From Selaginella moellendorffii (Eukaryota; Plantae; Lycopodiophyta), in assembly GCF_000143415.4 (NCBI RefSeq), contig NW_003314319.1, positions 196,115 to 260,114 of the forward strand: DNA of 64,000 bases, read 5' to 3'. How positions within the stretch are numbered: position 1 is the first letter of the stretch; every line of letters begins with the position of its first letter. The notes under the pieces are model-generated. The model searched no databases and was not told the DNA's origin. It saw only the letters and a program-made list of their open reading frames with translations. The translations under genes and the position numbers were made by a program. Of this stretch, positions 38,789-51,709 are shown piece after piece.

Positions 38789-39491
38789 CCATAGAGAAAA
38801 TCGCGCTGGATAAACTCGCGCACACATAGGCTTAAAGCAGCAAGAATCTGTTGGAAACTATATTGTGACGTGTGAACGTCATTAGAGACTAGAAACATAT
38901 GAGAATTAGGACATTAAAATACAACCACTGCTGTATTCAGCATTTTCAAATACTACCAACGACTGGGAAACACAAACACTCATAGTGAGAGCTCGCATTC
39001 TAGTATGACCAACATATTGTAAGAGACCAAAACAATTGTTCAAGAATTTAGATAAGATTGGACTCCTAAAGAGAGTTGCAATCGTTTGCATACCTGCTCG
39101 ATCCCAAACTTGGAGAGCAGCACCAAATATCACTAGCAAACAGCTACATTGATCAATTTATGACACAACTGACCTCCTTCCACAAACAAAATCATACTTA
39201 CTTACACCACCAGCTTTTTCAAATACAAGACCTTTTCTGAGCTAGACACAGGAAAGTGACCTCGAGAAGAAACTCGGGAAGAATTGAGAAAGAAAAACTC
39301 GATTGAAGACTCAAGACACAAGAGCTTGACTTCGTATTTATACAACAAAACCAAACTTGCAACAGACTCAAGACGTAAGAGCTTGACTTTGCAAACTATG
39401 AAGAACAACATTTGACTCAAGACAACTTAGGCAAAACACAAATTTAGGAAACTTTCCTCGACATATAAGTTGAGAAGATTCAGCAAACTAA

Positions 39492-40883
39492 ATGTACAAA
39501 CACAAACTAGACCCAATCAAGATCCGGGAAAGAGATCTTCGACAAAAGAATCGAGAAGTGAAAAAGGAAGGGATAGAAAAAGAGAAATTAGAACAACAAC
39601 AACAACAAATTTTAGAAACGATATTAGAGAAGTACGACAAGGAGGATAAAGAGATTCAAGTTGCCGAGTCGAGCAACCCAGTTAAAGATAACAAAGAACT
39701 AAATATCGAAGACGCCCCAGAGTTTGAGGCATTTGAAGAAGCAGAATACATAGCACCAAAGTTTTACTTAAATCCAGACTCACCAGAACAACAATTTCAC
39801 CAACAAAGTCTACAACTTCAAATGGCAATCATCAACCCAGCGACAGCCATAGGGAACATGATTTCCTATCCCATTTTTAATGTTGGAAAAACCGAAGATG
39901 CAAACCAGCATCTTAAACAATTTGATCAAATTGTAAAGATGAAAAAACAGGAAATGCATCGGGAAATACTTTTCCCATACACACTTAAGGGAAAAGCACT
40001 CGATTGGCATAATACACTCGATGATGCTTTGACCCATGATGAAAAGGTCACACAATTCAAGGAGCAATTCCAGACCGGTGAAACTCCAGAAGAACACTAT
40101 GAGATCATCAAAAACTTTAAGCAAAAATCACGTGAAGGAATTCAAGATTACACTCGAAGATTTAAGTTTCATGCAAAGCGCTGCAAGGATTTGATAACAG
40201 ACAAAGGAAAGAGCTTATCCTATATCCAAGGACTAAAAGAAATCTATAGAAACATGGTAGCAATTGCTGCTGCAACAGAGAATCCAGATGATGAAAGTGT
40301 TGATACACTCTCCAAAGAAATCCTCACATTGGAAAAGAGATTCAAGCAATTCACAAAAGCTATACCTTCACAAACCGATGATGGTTCAGATGATGAAGAA
40401 GAGGAAGAAATACGCATTAAGACAAAGAAGAAAACACCAAAAGACCAAGATTTGAAGGATATAATCAGGAAAATCTCACAAACCGAACTCAAAGCAGGAG
40501 TGTGGTGTACAAAGTGTAAAAACGAGGGACATACATATTCAGAATGCAAGTTACAACTTCCAAAGTGTCAAATTTGTGAAAGAGAAGGCCATACAGCCAA
40601 GAAATGCCGATACAGGAATACAATGGAAGTTTCAAGAATCGAGAATGCTCCTCGACAAGAGCCCAATCCTCAATATCAAGGAAACTGGAATCAAAATGCG
40701 CGACCACCACGAAATCAACCTCCAAGATATAACAATTATTATCAACGTGATGATAATTTGTATAATCAAAGACAAAACTATTACCAGCGAGACAATAGCA
40801 ACTACAATAGAATACCCCCTCAAGATCAAAGACCAAACAACTATACTGGAAATTATGGAAGAAACTACAATACATATCAGTAG
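39492..40883 (+). CDS. gag with two CCHC knuckles and N/Q/Y-rich tail
   Basis: LFPYTLKGKALDW, CTKCKNEGHTYSEC and CQICEREGHTAKKC. Confidence 0.85.
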   Translation: MYKHKLDPIKIRERDLRQKNREVKKEGIEKEKLEQQQQQILETILEKYDKEDKEIQVAESSNPVKDNKELNIEDAPEFEAFEEAEYIAPKFYLNPDSPEQQFHQQSLQLQMAIINPATAIGNMISYPIFNVGKTEDANQHLKQFDQIVKMKKQEMHREILFPYTLKGKALDWHNTLDDALTHDEKVTQFKEQFQTGETPEEHYEIIKNFKQKSREGIQDYTRRFKFHAKRCKDLITDKGKSLSYIQGLKEIYRNMVAIAAATENPDDESVDTLSKEILTLEKRFKQFTKAIPSQTDDGSDDEEEEEIRIKTKKKTPKDQDLKDIIRKISQTELKAGVWCTKCKNEGHTYSECKLQLPKCQICEREGHTAKKCRYRNTMEVSRIENAPRQEPNPQYQGNWNQNARPPRNQPPRYNNYYQRDDNLYNQRQNYYQRDNSNYNRIPPQDQRPNNYTGNYGRNYNTYQ

Positions 40884-41599
40884 CGTGATGGACCTCAGGA
40901 CCACTATCAACGTCCTCCCCCACGAAATTACAATTATGATCAAGAACCATATTGGAATTATAATCAAAGACCACCCCAGGCTCAAGGTTACAATTACAAC
41001 CAGCAACCTGCACCACAGCAAGATAATCGTCCTCGACAACCTTACCAAAATGCAAATCGCGAAAATAACCAAGGAGTAAACAATCAGGCTCCGAGGCCAA
41101 GACCACCAGCAGCACGGAATGTTGAGGTGGAAATTGACGAACCACAAACTTTTGAAGAACCAGCAATACGAACTATCACGAGACAACAATACAAGTCTCA
41201 GCAACCAGATAATCTGGCAGAACAAAATTACAATGATGAAGTTGAAATTATCCCAAAAACCGAATGGAAGAAAAGCAAGAAAATACTACAATCAATTCAG
41301 GCTGAATTGCAGGAACAAGAACCACAGGTCATTGAAGACCATGACAAACCATCCAACAATCATCAAACAACAAGTTTCTCTGAAGAAGAGCACACCTCAC
41401 TTGCAGAACAAATACTACAACACGGAATCACATTAACCTTACAATAAATACTTCAAATAGCACCGTATCTTAAGAGCCAAATACTAAAGATTTGTTGTCC
41501 ACAAATTCCTCATGCTCGCACTCAAGAAAAGCAATTTCCATCTAAAACTGAGAAAGAGGATAATGTAAAAATCTAACCTGGAGATTACGATGATAATGT

Positions 41600-44000
41600 A
41601 CCTTGTATTGACCTCAACATAGGCAAGAATCAAATCAATGGAGCAATACTCGATGGAGGCTCGGGCGTGAATATAATCGAGCATGGTATATGTAAAGCAA
41701 TGGGACTTGGACCTATACAACCTGCTCCCTTCAATGTCTGCATGGCAGACCAACATGTTGTAAGACCAGCTGGCATAATAAAAGATATCACCATTGGAAT
41801 CAAAGGACACAAGTTCAAGATCAACTTCGTGGTATTAAAAATGCCAATTGAAGAATCCTCTTACGAACTCTTGCTTGGAAGACCATGGCTAAACAAAGCA
41901 GTTTATGCTCAATATTGGATGGACCATGAAATTTGTATACAATCAGATAAAGGACAAACGAAAATAGCTACAACTACAACCAGGAAAATTCCGAAAAGAT
42001 TTCAACCAATTCAAGCCCAAGAATACAATTGGCAAGAAGGCTTGGACGACCTTGAAGAAGCCAAACTCCTTGAAGCTTACCCAGAGCTACGAGCTTTTCA
42101 AGAAATCGATTTACACCATGTACTACCAGTAGTGGCTCAAGACCAGCACTACAACTTACACTCGATGGACCAACCACTCTACTCTACAAAGCTATACGCT
42201 CAAAATCAATAAAGATTAAAGATAAAACAACAAAACGAGAAGCTAACTATCAAACCTGAACAATTACAATCTAAAGAATACAACATTCAGATTGATGATA
42301 AACTAGCCCTACAATCTGGAAATGACAACTTTACACCCCAAATTAACCTCAATGAAGAAACTGAAGAACTCAATCTTGGACTTCAAGAAGATCCACACAA
42401 CATACTCATCGCTACAAATCTTGACAAAAACTTCAAGATAAAAGCTCAACAATTACTCATAACCTACAAGGATGTTTTCGCATGGTCATACAAAGATCTC
42501 AAAGGAATACCCCTGGAACTATGTACACATCGCATAGAGTTACTACCAAGAACATGACCAATTAAGCAAACAGCTTATCGCATGAATCCAAACTTCACTG
42601 ATAAAGTCAAAACAGAACTCAACAAACTACAAAATGCTGGATTCATTTACCCCATCAAGAATGCACAATGCTTGTCACCATTGGTTATCGTCTCAAAAAA
42701 GAATGGCAAATTGCGCATTTGTGTCAATTACAAAAAGTTGAACGATGTGACGGAAAAAGACTCTTTTCCTATACCATTCTCAGATGAGATACTCGACGCA
42801 GTTGCAGGACATGAGATGTACTCGTTCCTGGACGGATTTTCAGGATATAATCAAGTTCACATAGCGCCAGAAGATCAATATAAGACTGCCTTCATAAGTC
42901 CATGGGGCGCATATGCATACTCCAGAATGCCATTCAGATTAACGAATGTACCATTTACTTTTCAAAGGATAATTACCGACACATTTCAGGAATACTTGAC
43001 TGATTTTATGCGCGTCTTCATGGATGACTTCAGCGTTTTTGGAGCAAAAGACAAACACCTTGAACACTTAGAAAAGTGTTTCATTAAATGTCGACAAAAC
43101 CGAGTTGCACTTAATCCAGAAAAGTGTATTTTCTTTGTCAAATCAGGAATACTCCTTGGTCATGTCGTTTGTAAAGACGGAATTATCATTGACAAAGCAA
43201 AAATAGAGGTCATCGTCAAAATGACTCCACCCATGAATTTAACAAGTTTGAGAAGATTTCTCGGAAAAATGGGTTACCATAGACGTTTTATTCAAGACTA
43301 TGCAACGATTGCTAAACCACTCACCGAGCTACTTAAGAAATCTCAAGTTTACGCATGGACACAAGATTGCCAACTGGCCTTTGATACACTTAAGGATAAG
43401 CTTACAAAAGCCCCCATATTGGTTCAACCAGACTGGACACAGGAATTCATTGTACAAGTAGATGCATCTGATTATGCACTTGGAGCTATACTTTGCCAGA
43501 GAAAAATGGATAATAGAGACCATCCCATATACTATGCAAGCCGCAGACTCTCCCCACCAGAGATGAACTATACAACCACGGAAAAAGAGGCATTAGGAAT
43601 GGTCTATGCACTCACCAAATTTTGACATTACCTCCTTTCAAACAAAGTCAAGATCATGGTTGATCACCAAGCACTCTTACACTTACTCAACAAGACAATA
43701 CTCACTGGAAGAATTGCGCGATGGTTTCTTCTACTTCAAGAATTCAACTTTGAGATTATTCACAAGCCAGGCAAACAACATACGCAAGCTGATCATCTTA
43801 GTCAACTTATCACGGGAGAACAAGTCACGAAATCCAACGATGACTTACCTGATTCACACCTTTTTAAGGTCACAACTCAAGGAATGCTCCAGGATATTTA
43901 CAAATTCTTGACGACAACCAAGATCCCAAATCACTACTTCACAAATGATCAAAGGAAACAATTCGTCTTGAGGACACGACGATATTCAGTCGTGGAAGAG
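41600..44000 (+). pseudogene. pol: protease (ILDGGSGVN), RT (FLDGFSGYNQ, VFMDD), RNase H; truncated before the integrase core
   Basis: ORFs 41667-42212, 42582-43625 and 43656-44051. Confidence 0.9.
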
Positions 44001-47000
44001 GAGGAACTGCATGAGGGAACGGCTACCCACGATGCAGCGATGGAGCAGTGACTGCGGGACGCAGCACAAGGCAGTCGTGGGAGAGTGGAGAAGGGAGAAA
44101 AAGACAAGCTTGAGGATTCAAGCTTAGGAAAGTAAACTTGAGAGGTTCAAGGTTAGGACTGTATTCCTAACCTTGACATGAGCAATAGCGACTATAAAAG
44201 TAGGACTTAGAATGTTTTTAGACTTATCCCTAATACAAAATATATTGCAATACATCGTCATTCTACCTGTCTCTTTGGCTCTTCATAGCAATGGCAATGT
44301 CTTACTTACCCACCGCCTTTAAGGGATCAAAGGCGTGGGACTAGCACCTTCAAGCACTTGTTCACAGTCTCAACTTAGCTTGGCACAAGCAGGTAAGTGC
44401 ATTTTTCTTGTAGTGTAGTTTTAGATTTAGGGACTAGATTAGATTTGAAACTCCTAGGAAGATCTCGTGTGGATGTTTTCCTCCCAGTTTAGAGATTCCA
44501 GGAGTTTTCACCATAGAACTTGATGAGATTCTGATGGTGTGCAAATGGAATTTGCAAGCAGCTCAGGATAGAGCGAAGAAGTTTGCCAATGAGCATCACC
44601 ATTTCCGGGAATATAAGGTGGGTGATCTCATCTTTGTGCAGGTGATCTTTTCGTCAAGTGAGCGGCGGAACACCTTGGTGCCTTTACGGACAGGGAAGAG
44701 TGATAAACTTTCCTATCGATATGTTGATCCATATGAAGTGCTGGAGCGCATTGGTAAAGTGGCTTATCGAGTGCGGCTACCAGCTGGGGTGAAAATTCAT
44801 CTGGTATTTTATGTCAGCCAGTTGAAAGGTGTACTATCTCGGAGTGACGGGCCCAATACCTCCTTGATATATACGGCTATGGAAGATGGACTAGGAGCTT
44901 GAGCAAGGTTCCCTAGAAAGGGCGATCACCGGTACAACTTATCCTTGGGACAAGGACTTTATTGGGGGAAGAATTGTTAGGTGCCATCTTTGACTACATG
45001 GTCAACGTCAGTCAAAGGGAGGCTCAAGGGTATATTAAGGCATGTTAGGGTAAGGGACTTAACCTACCTAAGGCTCATAGTGGAGCGGCGGCACAGTGGA
45101 GCTTTTGAGGTAGCTCGGGGGTGGTTGGGTGGTGAGGAACCTCAAGAGGTGGCGTAGCATAGTCTAGGGCAACTAGATCTCTGTCTTTTTGCGCCGAATC
45201 ATAACAATGTCTGTGGCCAACTTCATGGCACTGATAGCCACCAAGTACTCTGCTTCATTAGCTAATGTCGCTGGCAAAGTGATAGAGAGGTTGGCGACCT
45301 TGTTCTCTGCAGAGTCAATCATCCAAACTCCAATGCCAGCAACCTGGTTTTTAGGGCAGAAAGCACTGTCGAAATAAGCTGTAATCATAGGAGTGCCCTC
45401 TTCTTCAAGTAAAGATGCTGGGAACACCATATTTAGCCAAACCGTCTTTGGCAAGTCAGGCAAGAATGTTGCTGTTGGGTCTAGAGTCTTTGTCTGTTGT
45501 TCTCTTTGCTTCTGATGCTCTGAGTGCTTAATGTCCAATGCAAGGACTGTAGCCAAGTACTTTGAAAGTGAAGGAAGATCCTCCACCAAAGTCAAGTCCA
45601 AGTCTGGTGCTAAAGTTTCAATGCAATACACTTGGATCTGTCACAGGGGCTCCATGGTAGGAAATTCTGAGCTCAAAGAGCTATATCTTGCATGTAGCAT
45701 GTCCGATTGGCTTAATTCTTTCTGCCAATTTTGTGTCTAGATGTCATCCTCCATCTCCAAGAAACAGTATGACAAAATACGCTTGGTGTTTTCAGCTAAT
45801 ATGATTTTAGTAGGAAGATGCTGGCTGTGTAACACCTCAGATAGTTGTTGAGGAGGAATGAGTTCGGCTGTGTCCTGTGAAAGATGGGCCTAGTCTGGAG
45901 TGATTGTGTTATCAAGCTCCATAAGAGAGAGTTGGTCCCATGCAAGAAACAAATCAAGAAGCCCTTCCTCTATCAAGAAACGCTCCGAAAAGCTGGATAT
46001 AGGAGCGCATACCCTATAAGCCTCGCCATCAAATAAAGAGGGCATGGCGAGAGGCTCGGCCTTACTCTCAAATAAAGAGAGTGAAGATGAGAGATGTCTC
46101 GAGCTATCTGACTCACCTCCAACCATGTCAATTGCATTGCATAAGAAAGCATCTGTCATATAGATGGTCGACTCCACCACCAACTCAGGAAAAACCTCTA
46201 TGAGATCAAGAGGGAAGTGTGGTGTGGAGGCCATCTTAGTTTGAGCCTGCTGGACTTCCTGAGAAAGAGCTCTACCATGGTTGTTGAGAAAGGTGGCACT
46301 ATGGGTTCCATCGCTAATTTCTATCTTGCCTTGTGCGTTGTCAATGGTGCAATGGACTGTGACTTGCGATGAGTGGCCAAGGATGATAGAGTCCTTCAAA
46401 GAGGACATTCCAAGACGTTGGTAGTCAACCACGAGGAAATCCACTTCAGAAATAACACCCTACACTAAGACCTTGACGCCACAGCAAATGCCCGTTGGAG
46501 GAATGGTGTGGTTGGCGAAGGTCTTGAGCATGATGGAGGAGCTCTCAGTGATCTGTAGCTATGATGAAAGGGCAGCTTCAAGAGAGATAATGTTGCTTCC
46601 AGAACCAGAGTCAACCAAAGCATCCACCCTACAAGAGGAAGTACCAATCTGCACTGGGACGAAGAATGGACCAGGATCTCCACCATATCTTGTCATGTCG
46701 ACAATATGCACCTCTTAAGGAGTCCTCTTGAGAGTGCTCACTGGTGTTCTTGACCATGCAAACTCCTCTAAACGCTGGCTGAATCCCGGGACAAGACACA
46801 ACATATCTCGGAGTGAAAAGGTGATAGGAGTGTCAACCAGCTGTTGAAGAATTGGCTCCAGAACAAGAATAGCTGTTGGTGGGATCTCAAGAGGAGAAGA
46901 GAGTAGGGACTTGAAGGGGAGCTTACAAGCCACCTTCTGTGTCACTGGACCTGATGCCAATAGAGATTCATTCTCAACTGACGCCGGGGGATTTATGGCA

Positions 47001-48640
47001 AGCTGAGTGAAGCTCTATTTCGTTAAAGTGGGATTTATTCAGTAAAATGGGACTAGGTACAAATTTTCAAGTATTTGAAAATGACGTGAAATTATATGTT
47101 TTTTGTCTAGGGGCTAGACATATCTGGGGCATGGTGACTAGCGCAATGACTTTGTGTCCAGACTGAGTCCATCTGGTTGTATAATAAATCTCATTGTCAA
47201 GGTGAACAAGCCGAATCTGAAGCTAAAGAAGAGCGATGGCATGCGCGCACACACTATTTGTTTGTTCATTGAGCGTGTGGTGAGCTTTCCAAGATAAACA
47301 TCATTCCTATTAGCCAGACATATAACTTAATGGTGAGAACATTTAGATATTATTCAATGTTATCTTTTTCTAATGAATCTAATTGTGAAGGTGTAGCAAG
47401 AGGCATTGCTAGTCTGGAGAAGTCATTTAACTCATTTGACCCTTAGTGTATTTTCATGAAACTAAATAACATTCATATTATTAAGGAATTTCTCTAGTAC
47501 CTTTTTTTTACGACATAGAGGCTTGCATTTCTTTCAAAGGTGATTTAGTAAAAGGTCTGAGGGCACATGCCATTCTATTTCTCAGACCAGTATTAAGATA
47601 TACTAGTGCAAAGGGAAAAAGGTATTTGGTGATCAAGTAAATGGCATGAGGGCACACGCCATTATAAGCCTAAGTGCTAGTGGACACCTCCTTTTTGGTA
47701 CTCTCAGCGGTACTATCATCCTTCTCCGGGTCAGTTGTTTTGCTTTGGATTGTTGTCTCTGACGTTACTGGGGCGTTCTCGATAGTTGTTAATGTTGCCG
47801 TTTGTTCAGAAAAATGATCACCTGGAGTATAGTACAGGGAGTTTGGAAGACTTATATATTCTACATCTTCACCTATCTCCTTCTCTGTCTCCTTTTCTGC
47901 CTCACTTACAGATTTTGTGCTTGCCATGAGAACGCTCTTCACCCTAAAATATGGAGTTCGTTGTGTTATAAAAGGAAACCAACACACACGCTGCAAGAGA
48001 ATGATGGTACATAAAGCACGTAAGCCCACAATATGGGTTTATGTGCCATTAATATGGGCCACACGCCATATTATTAGATTTATGCACGTGTGATTGGTAA
48101 ATGCATATGTCACATCATCTTTGTTTTACCTCACACACTATATCAAGCCTAATGAACCATATCACATGTGCGCACATGCTATATATATGGAGAAGTATTA
48201 TGCAAGGATAGAAAAATTCAATGCATGATTGTGGAGAGCAATGGCATGAAGCCACATGCTAAATAACATTTTAGAGAAAGAATTAAAATAGAAACATGCA
48301 AACAGTACTGAGTGGACCAAGACTTAGAAGTGCACAATTGAATGAGGTATTTCTAATAAATATTTCACTCACCTCATATAGGAATGGCTACCACTCTCAA
48401 ATGGCATATCGCCTCATGCCATCACCTCGCAATTTGTTATAACAATCCGATGAATTCATATTCGGCTTGTTCACCTTGAGCTTTAAGTAAGATTTGCTAG
48501 AACAACTAAGAATTTATACTTGTTATTTGTATCATCTCACCTAGGAATGGCGTAAGGCCACATGCCATCACGCCTCCTCTGATTCAGATTCGGATTGTTC
48601 ACCTTGAAATAAAATACATTAGAAACTTAGTAAAGGAATA

Positions 48641-51600
48641 TTAATGAATCTCACCTTGAACCCGGGTTATGAATGCTCTTGCTGCATCTCTTGCATGGTC
48701 TGGCAAGGTGATGGTGGCACTCTGCTTCCGCATCCAACCATGCACAACATTATCCACCGATATGCTCATGCTGGGATCCCTTAGATTCAGCACCCATCTC
48801 TTTTCTAGGCAATCCTTCGTATATCCGGAACTTGGCTTGAACCACTCCACAGTTACATTGAAGGAGTTAGTTTCCGCGTCCTCCTCTGCATCAGTGATGC
48901 AGCACCCCACCCATATCATTTGTTTTTTATTACTGGGTCTGACAAGCACGACCATTCCTTTGCAGACCTGTACTGGATTGAATGCTGAATCCGGCTTCTT
49001 GTTCCTCGGCTCACAATAGTGATCCTCAACATCGTTATCTGTCACTGCATTTCCAGAGGACATTGTTCCGCTACTATCTGGTGCTCTGGGTTCTGGCCAA
49101 AAGGACTCTTCCAATTCTTCATATACAACCGGCCCATTTTGGATAGCAGATATAATCTTCTCCCAGTATTCGAGCAAAGGCTTGCACCTCTTAAAATAGG
49201 ATTCTCCACCAAACACCAACCCCCTCTTTCAGAAGGCAATATGCTGTCTAATCCCGGCCACTATACTTTCTTGGTCTTTGAGTCCATCCGGGTGCATCGG
49301 CCGTGGGGAACTCTGAGGAATCATAGGTTCCCCAGTTATGGGATCTCTCTTGAAGAGTTCAATGCCGTCCACTGGCAGCCACACTGTGTCCCATTCTCTC
49401 ATCTTGTACCTTATTACTGGAGCACCGTCACGCATGCTGAAATGAAACTAAAGAGGCTTGGAGTGGCCAATCAACGTTTCGGATCCGTCCCTGATGTAGC
49501 CTCTTACAAACCCCTTAAAGTCTGGAACCTTTGTCACAAGTGCAGCTTCAACAGTGCCTTTGATGCAATTTTGGAATTCATCGTAGAGTTGTGGGAGGGT
49601 GAGGACATTGGATCGCCGGAGGGACTCTGCCAGGTGACTGAACATGGCATCGACGTCTTCATGAGTGTGCCCAACCATGAGAAAGCCAAGTGTAACCGTT
49701 TCAAATATGCCTTTAGCAACAAGCATCGCCAAGTACGCGAAGACGTACATGTTTTTGTTCTCACTGCCAGCATTGTCTGTTTGGAGCAGAAGATGGGGTG
49801 GAAGGCCACATCGGCCGCAAGAACTTCCTTGAGATTCTGCTTCGTTTGGATGAGGCTGTGCATTCACCAGGCGACCAGCCTCGTCGGAATGGCATGAGGC
49901 CTCACGTGATAACCCTACAATCTGACGGCCAACATATTCACTGGGATGGTATGGGGCCCCACGCGATACTGCAAGCCTTTGCTCCTCCTCCAGCTGAACC
50001 CTGTATGGGGTTCGATCGACAAGGGCCTTATACAAGGGTTGGCCGTTCAGCTCAGTCTGCGCACTTTGCAGAGACCTTAAGTGTTTTGCTAGGGACGCAA
50101 TTATCATGTTTGCACCCTCGCCACCCCATAGAGGTACAAAGAAGTTCCCATAGTTTTGGGCACCATGCCCATGAGCGATTATGCCAAACAGAGACACAGG
50201 CAGCTGCATGGATGAAGAGATTGCCTTGGGGGTAGGATTGAGTTGAGGTAAGCACGTCTTTTTCTGGTCCATTTTGTCGTGGATGATGCAGAGGTAAGAG
50301 TCAGGTCTCTCCATGGAGAGAATCCTATTATGATAATATGCAGTCCTGCAGCTTCTTTGCTCGATGTTGTGGTCGAGCCGCTTTCTAACCAACGTCTCTC
50401 GCTCTTGAGCATTGCAAGAATTCTTCGACAAAGCCATTTTGATAGCAGTGCACTCGTCACACTTTGAAAAGCTGGAGTACTTTCCTATACTCACATCCCT
50501 GAACCTGTTGCTCCACAATCTACTAAATCTAGATTGGCTCAGCTTCCTGTAGCCATTACTCTGGAGTTCCCGATTCACATCTTCCAATATGGCCCCCTTG
50601 GTATACATGGAAGGGAGAACTCGTTGGGTGTCTCGTGTTCCATCTTCCAAGAGGCGGGTTTTATATGGTTGCTGCTCGCTACATGTCTCAACAAACCTCT
50701 TGAAGATTGCCTCTCCATATACAACATGACCCCTGGTTTTGTGCGTACCGTTGTTCCCATGAACTGCCTGTTGAACCCTTTGTTCTTCGAACTCAGTTTT
50801 GATTCTGTAGAATGTGGTTCGAGGGACTCCATAAATGATTCTCCATGCCTTTATGCAGACCAAACCCCTCTGGAAGACCATGCCCCCCACTTGATGTTCT
50901 GAAGCATCAACAGATGACCGTAATGCCTTATACACAAAATTGTGAGCTGCCTTCCAGGACAATGTCTTGTATCTTGCTCTCTCCTCTTCAATAGCATCCC
51001 AATCAGCATGTTAACAGCACCTCCTCTTACAACAAGCAACTGTCGAGACCATTCGAACCTCCATCGCCATTTTCTGCCTTTTCGGTTTGTTGCTCAGATC
51101 CCTTTGGCTGCACTTTAGGAAGGTGTACTTTCTTTTCCCATGAAGAGATGTTCTGTCATCAGTTGTAGTGGTGTTTGATAGTGAATCCTTCACATTCTCA
51201 AACACTAAGTGCCTCAATTTCCACCGCACAATGCTTCCAATAGTCAGACTGTTTTCTTCTGTGTCAACAACCTCTAAAATCGCAACTCCAATATCATCCC
51301 AGCCCAATTCTTGATTAGCAACTGCATCTCTTGGATCAACAACTATGGCTAAGCCCTCAGCTACCACCTCCCCCTCAGGGTTATTTAGAAACACCTTTGC
51401 CTGAATCCATGTAGCACGGTTCTTAAGATCTACGGAGGGAACATGCGTCGCACTTGCACTGTCCCCAACATCTGCTTTCTTCTGCAGATTTTTCAAGGCA
51501 ACAACAACATTTACCCCGACGACCATCTCTCCTCGTTCAATAGCAACCACATTCCCATCGAAGACAGTCTCTACTGATACAGCAGCATTGCCTTCCCCAA

Positions 51601-51709
51601 GCCTTTGACAGTGTATAACAAAGTTCCGATCCATAGACACAAGGGTCCCTTTTGCAACTCTCTTCCCACCATTCAAAATGTAAACCTTTTCCCTAACCCT
51701 GAAGGCCAT
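48641..51709 (-). pseudogene. Sola1-like (DUF7869-type) DDD transposase, ~1020 codons with three in-frame stops
   Basis: ORFs 51011-51709, 49448-50962, 49229-49435 and 48641-49219 share one frame. Motifs CCKRRC, CDECT..K..H, IIHDKMDQ, LQTDNAGSENKN and FLMVGHTHEDVDAMF. Confidence 0.8.

Larger units (their letters stand above)
36806..44510 (+). mobile_element. Non-chromovirus gypsy LTR element with 5' extra ORF; integrase deleted
   Basis: ~425-bp LTRs at 36806-37230 and 44086-44510, with about nine differences counted by eye. TSD CCATA; PBS tggtgaccacggtggga (tRNA-Arg-like). Confidence 0.93.
33392..45206 (+). mobile_element. Ty3/gypsy family A, copy 2 (interrupted by the element at 36806-44510)
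   Basis: Rearranged 5' LTR from 33392; 3' LTR 44975-45206; gag 33680-34666; PR from 34709; RT 35322-35927; RH; IN C-terminus 44534-44902. Confidence 0.88.

Noticed and set aside
49019-49897. 292-aa plus-strand ORF
   Set aside because: Antisense shadow of the transposase frame.
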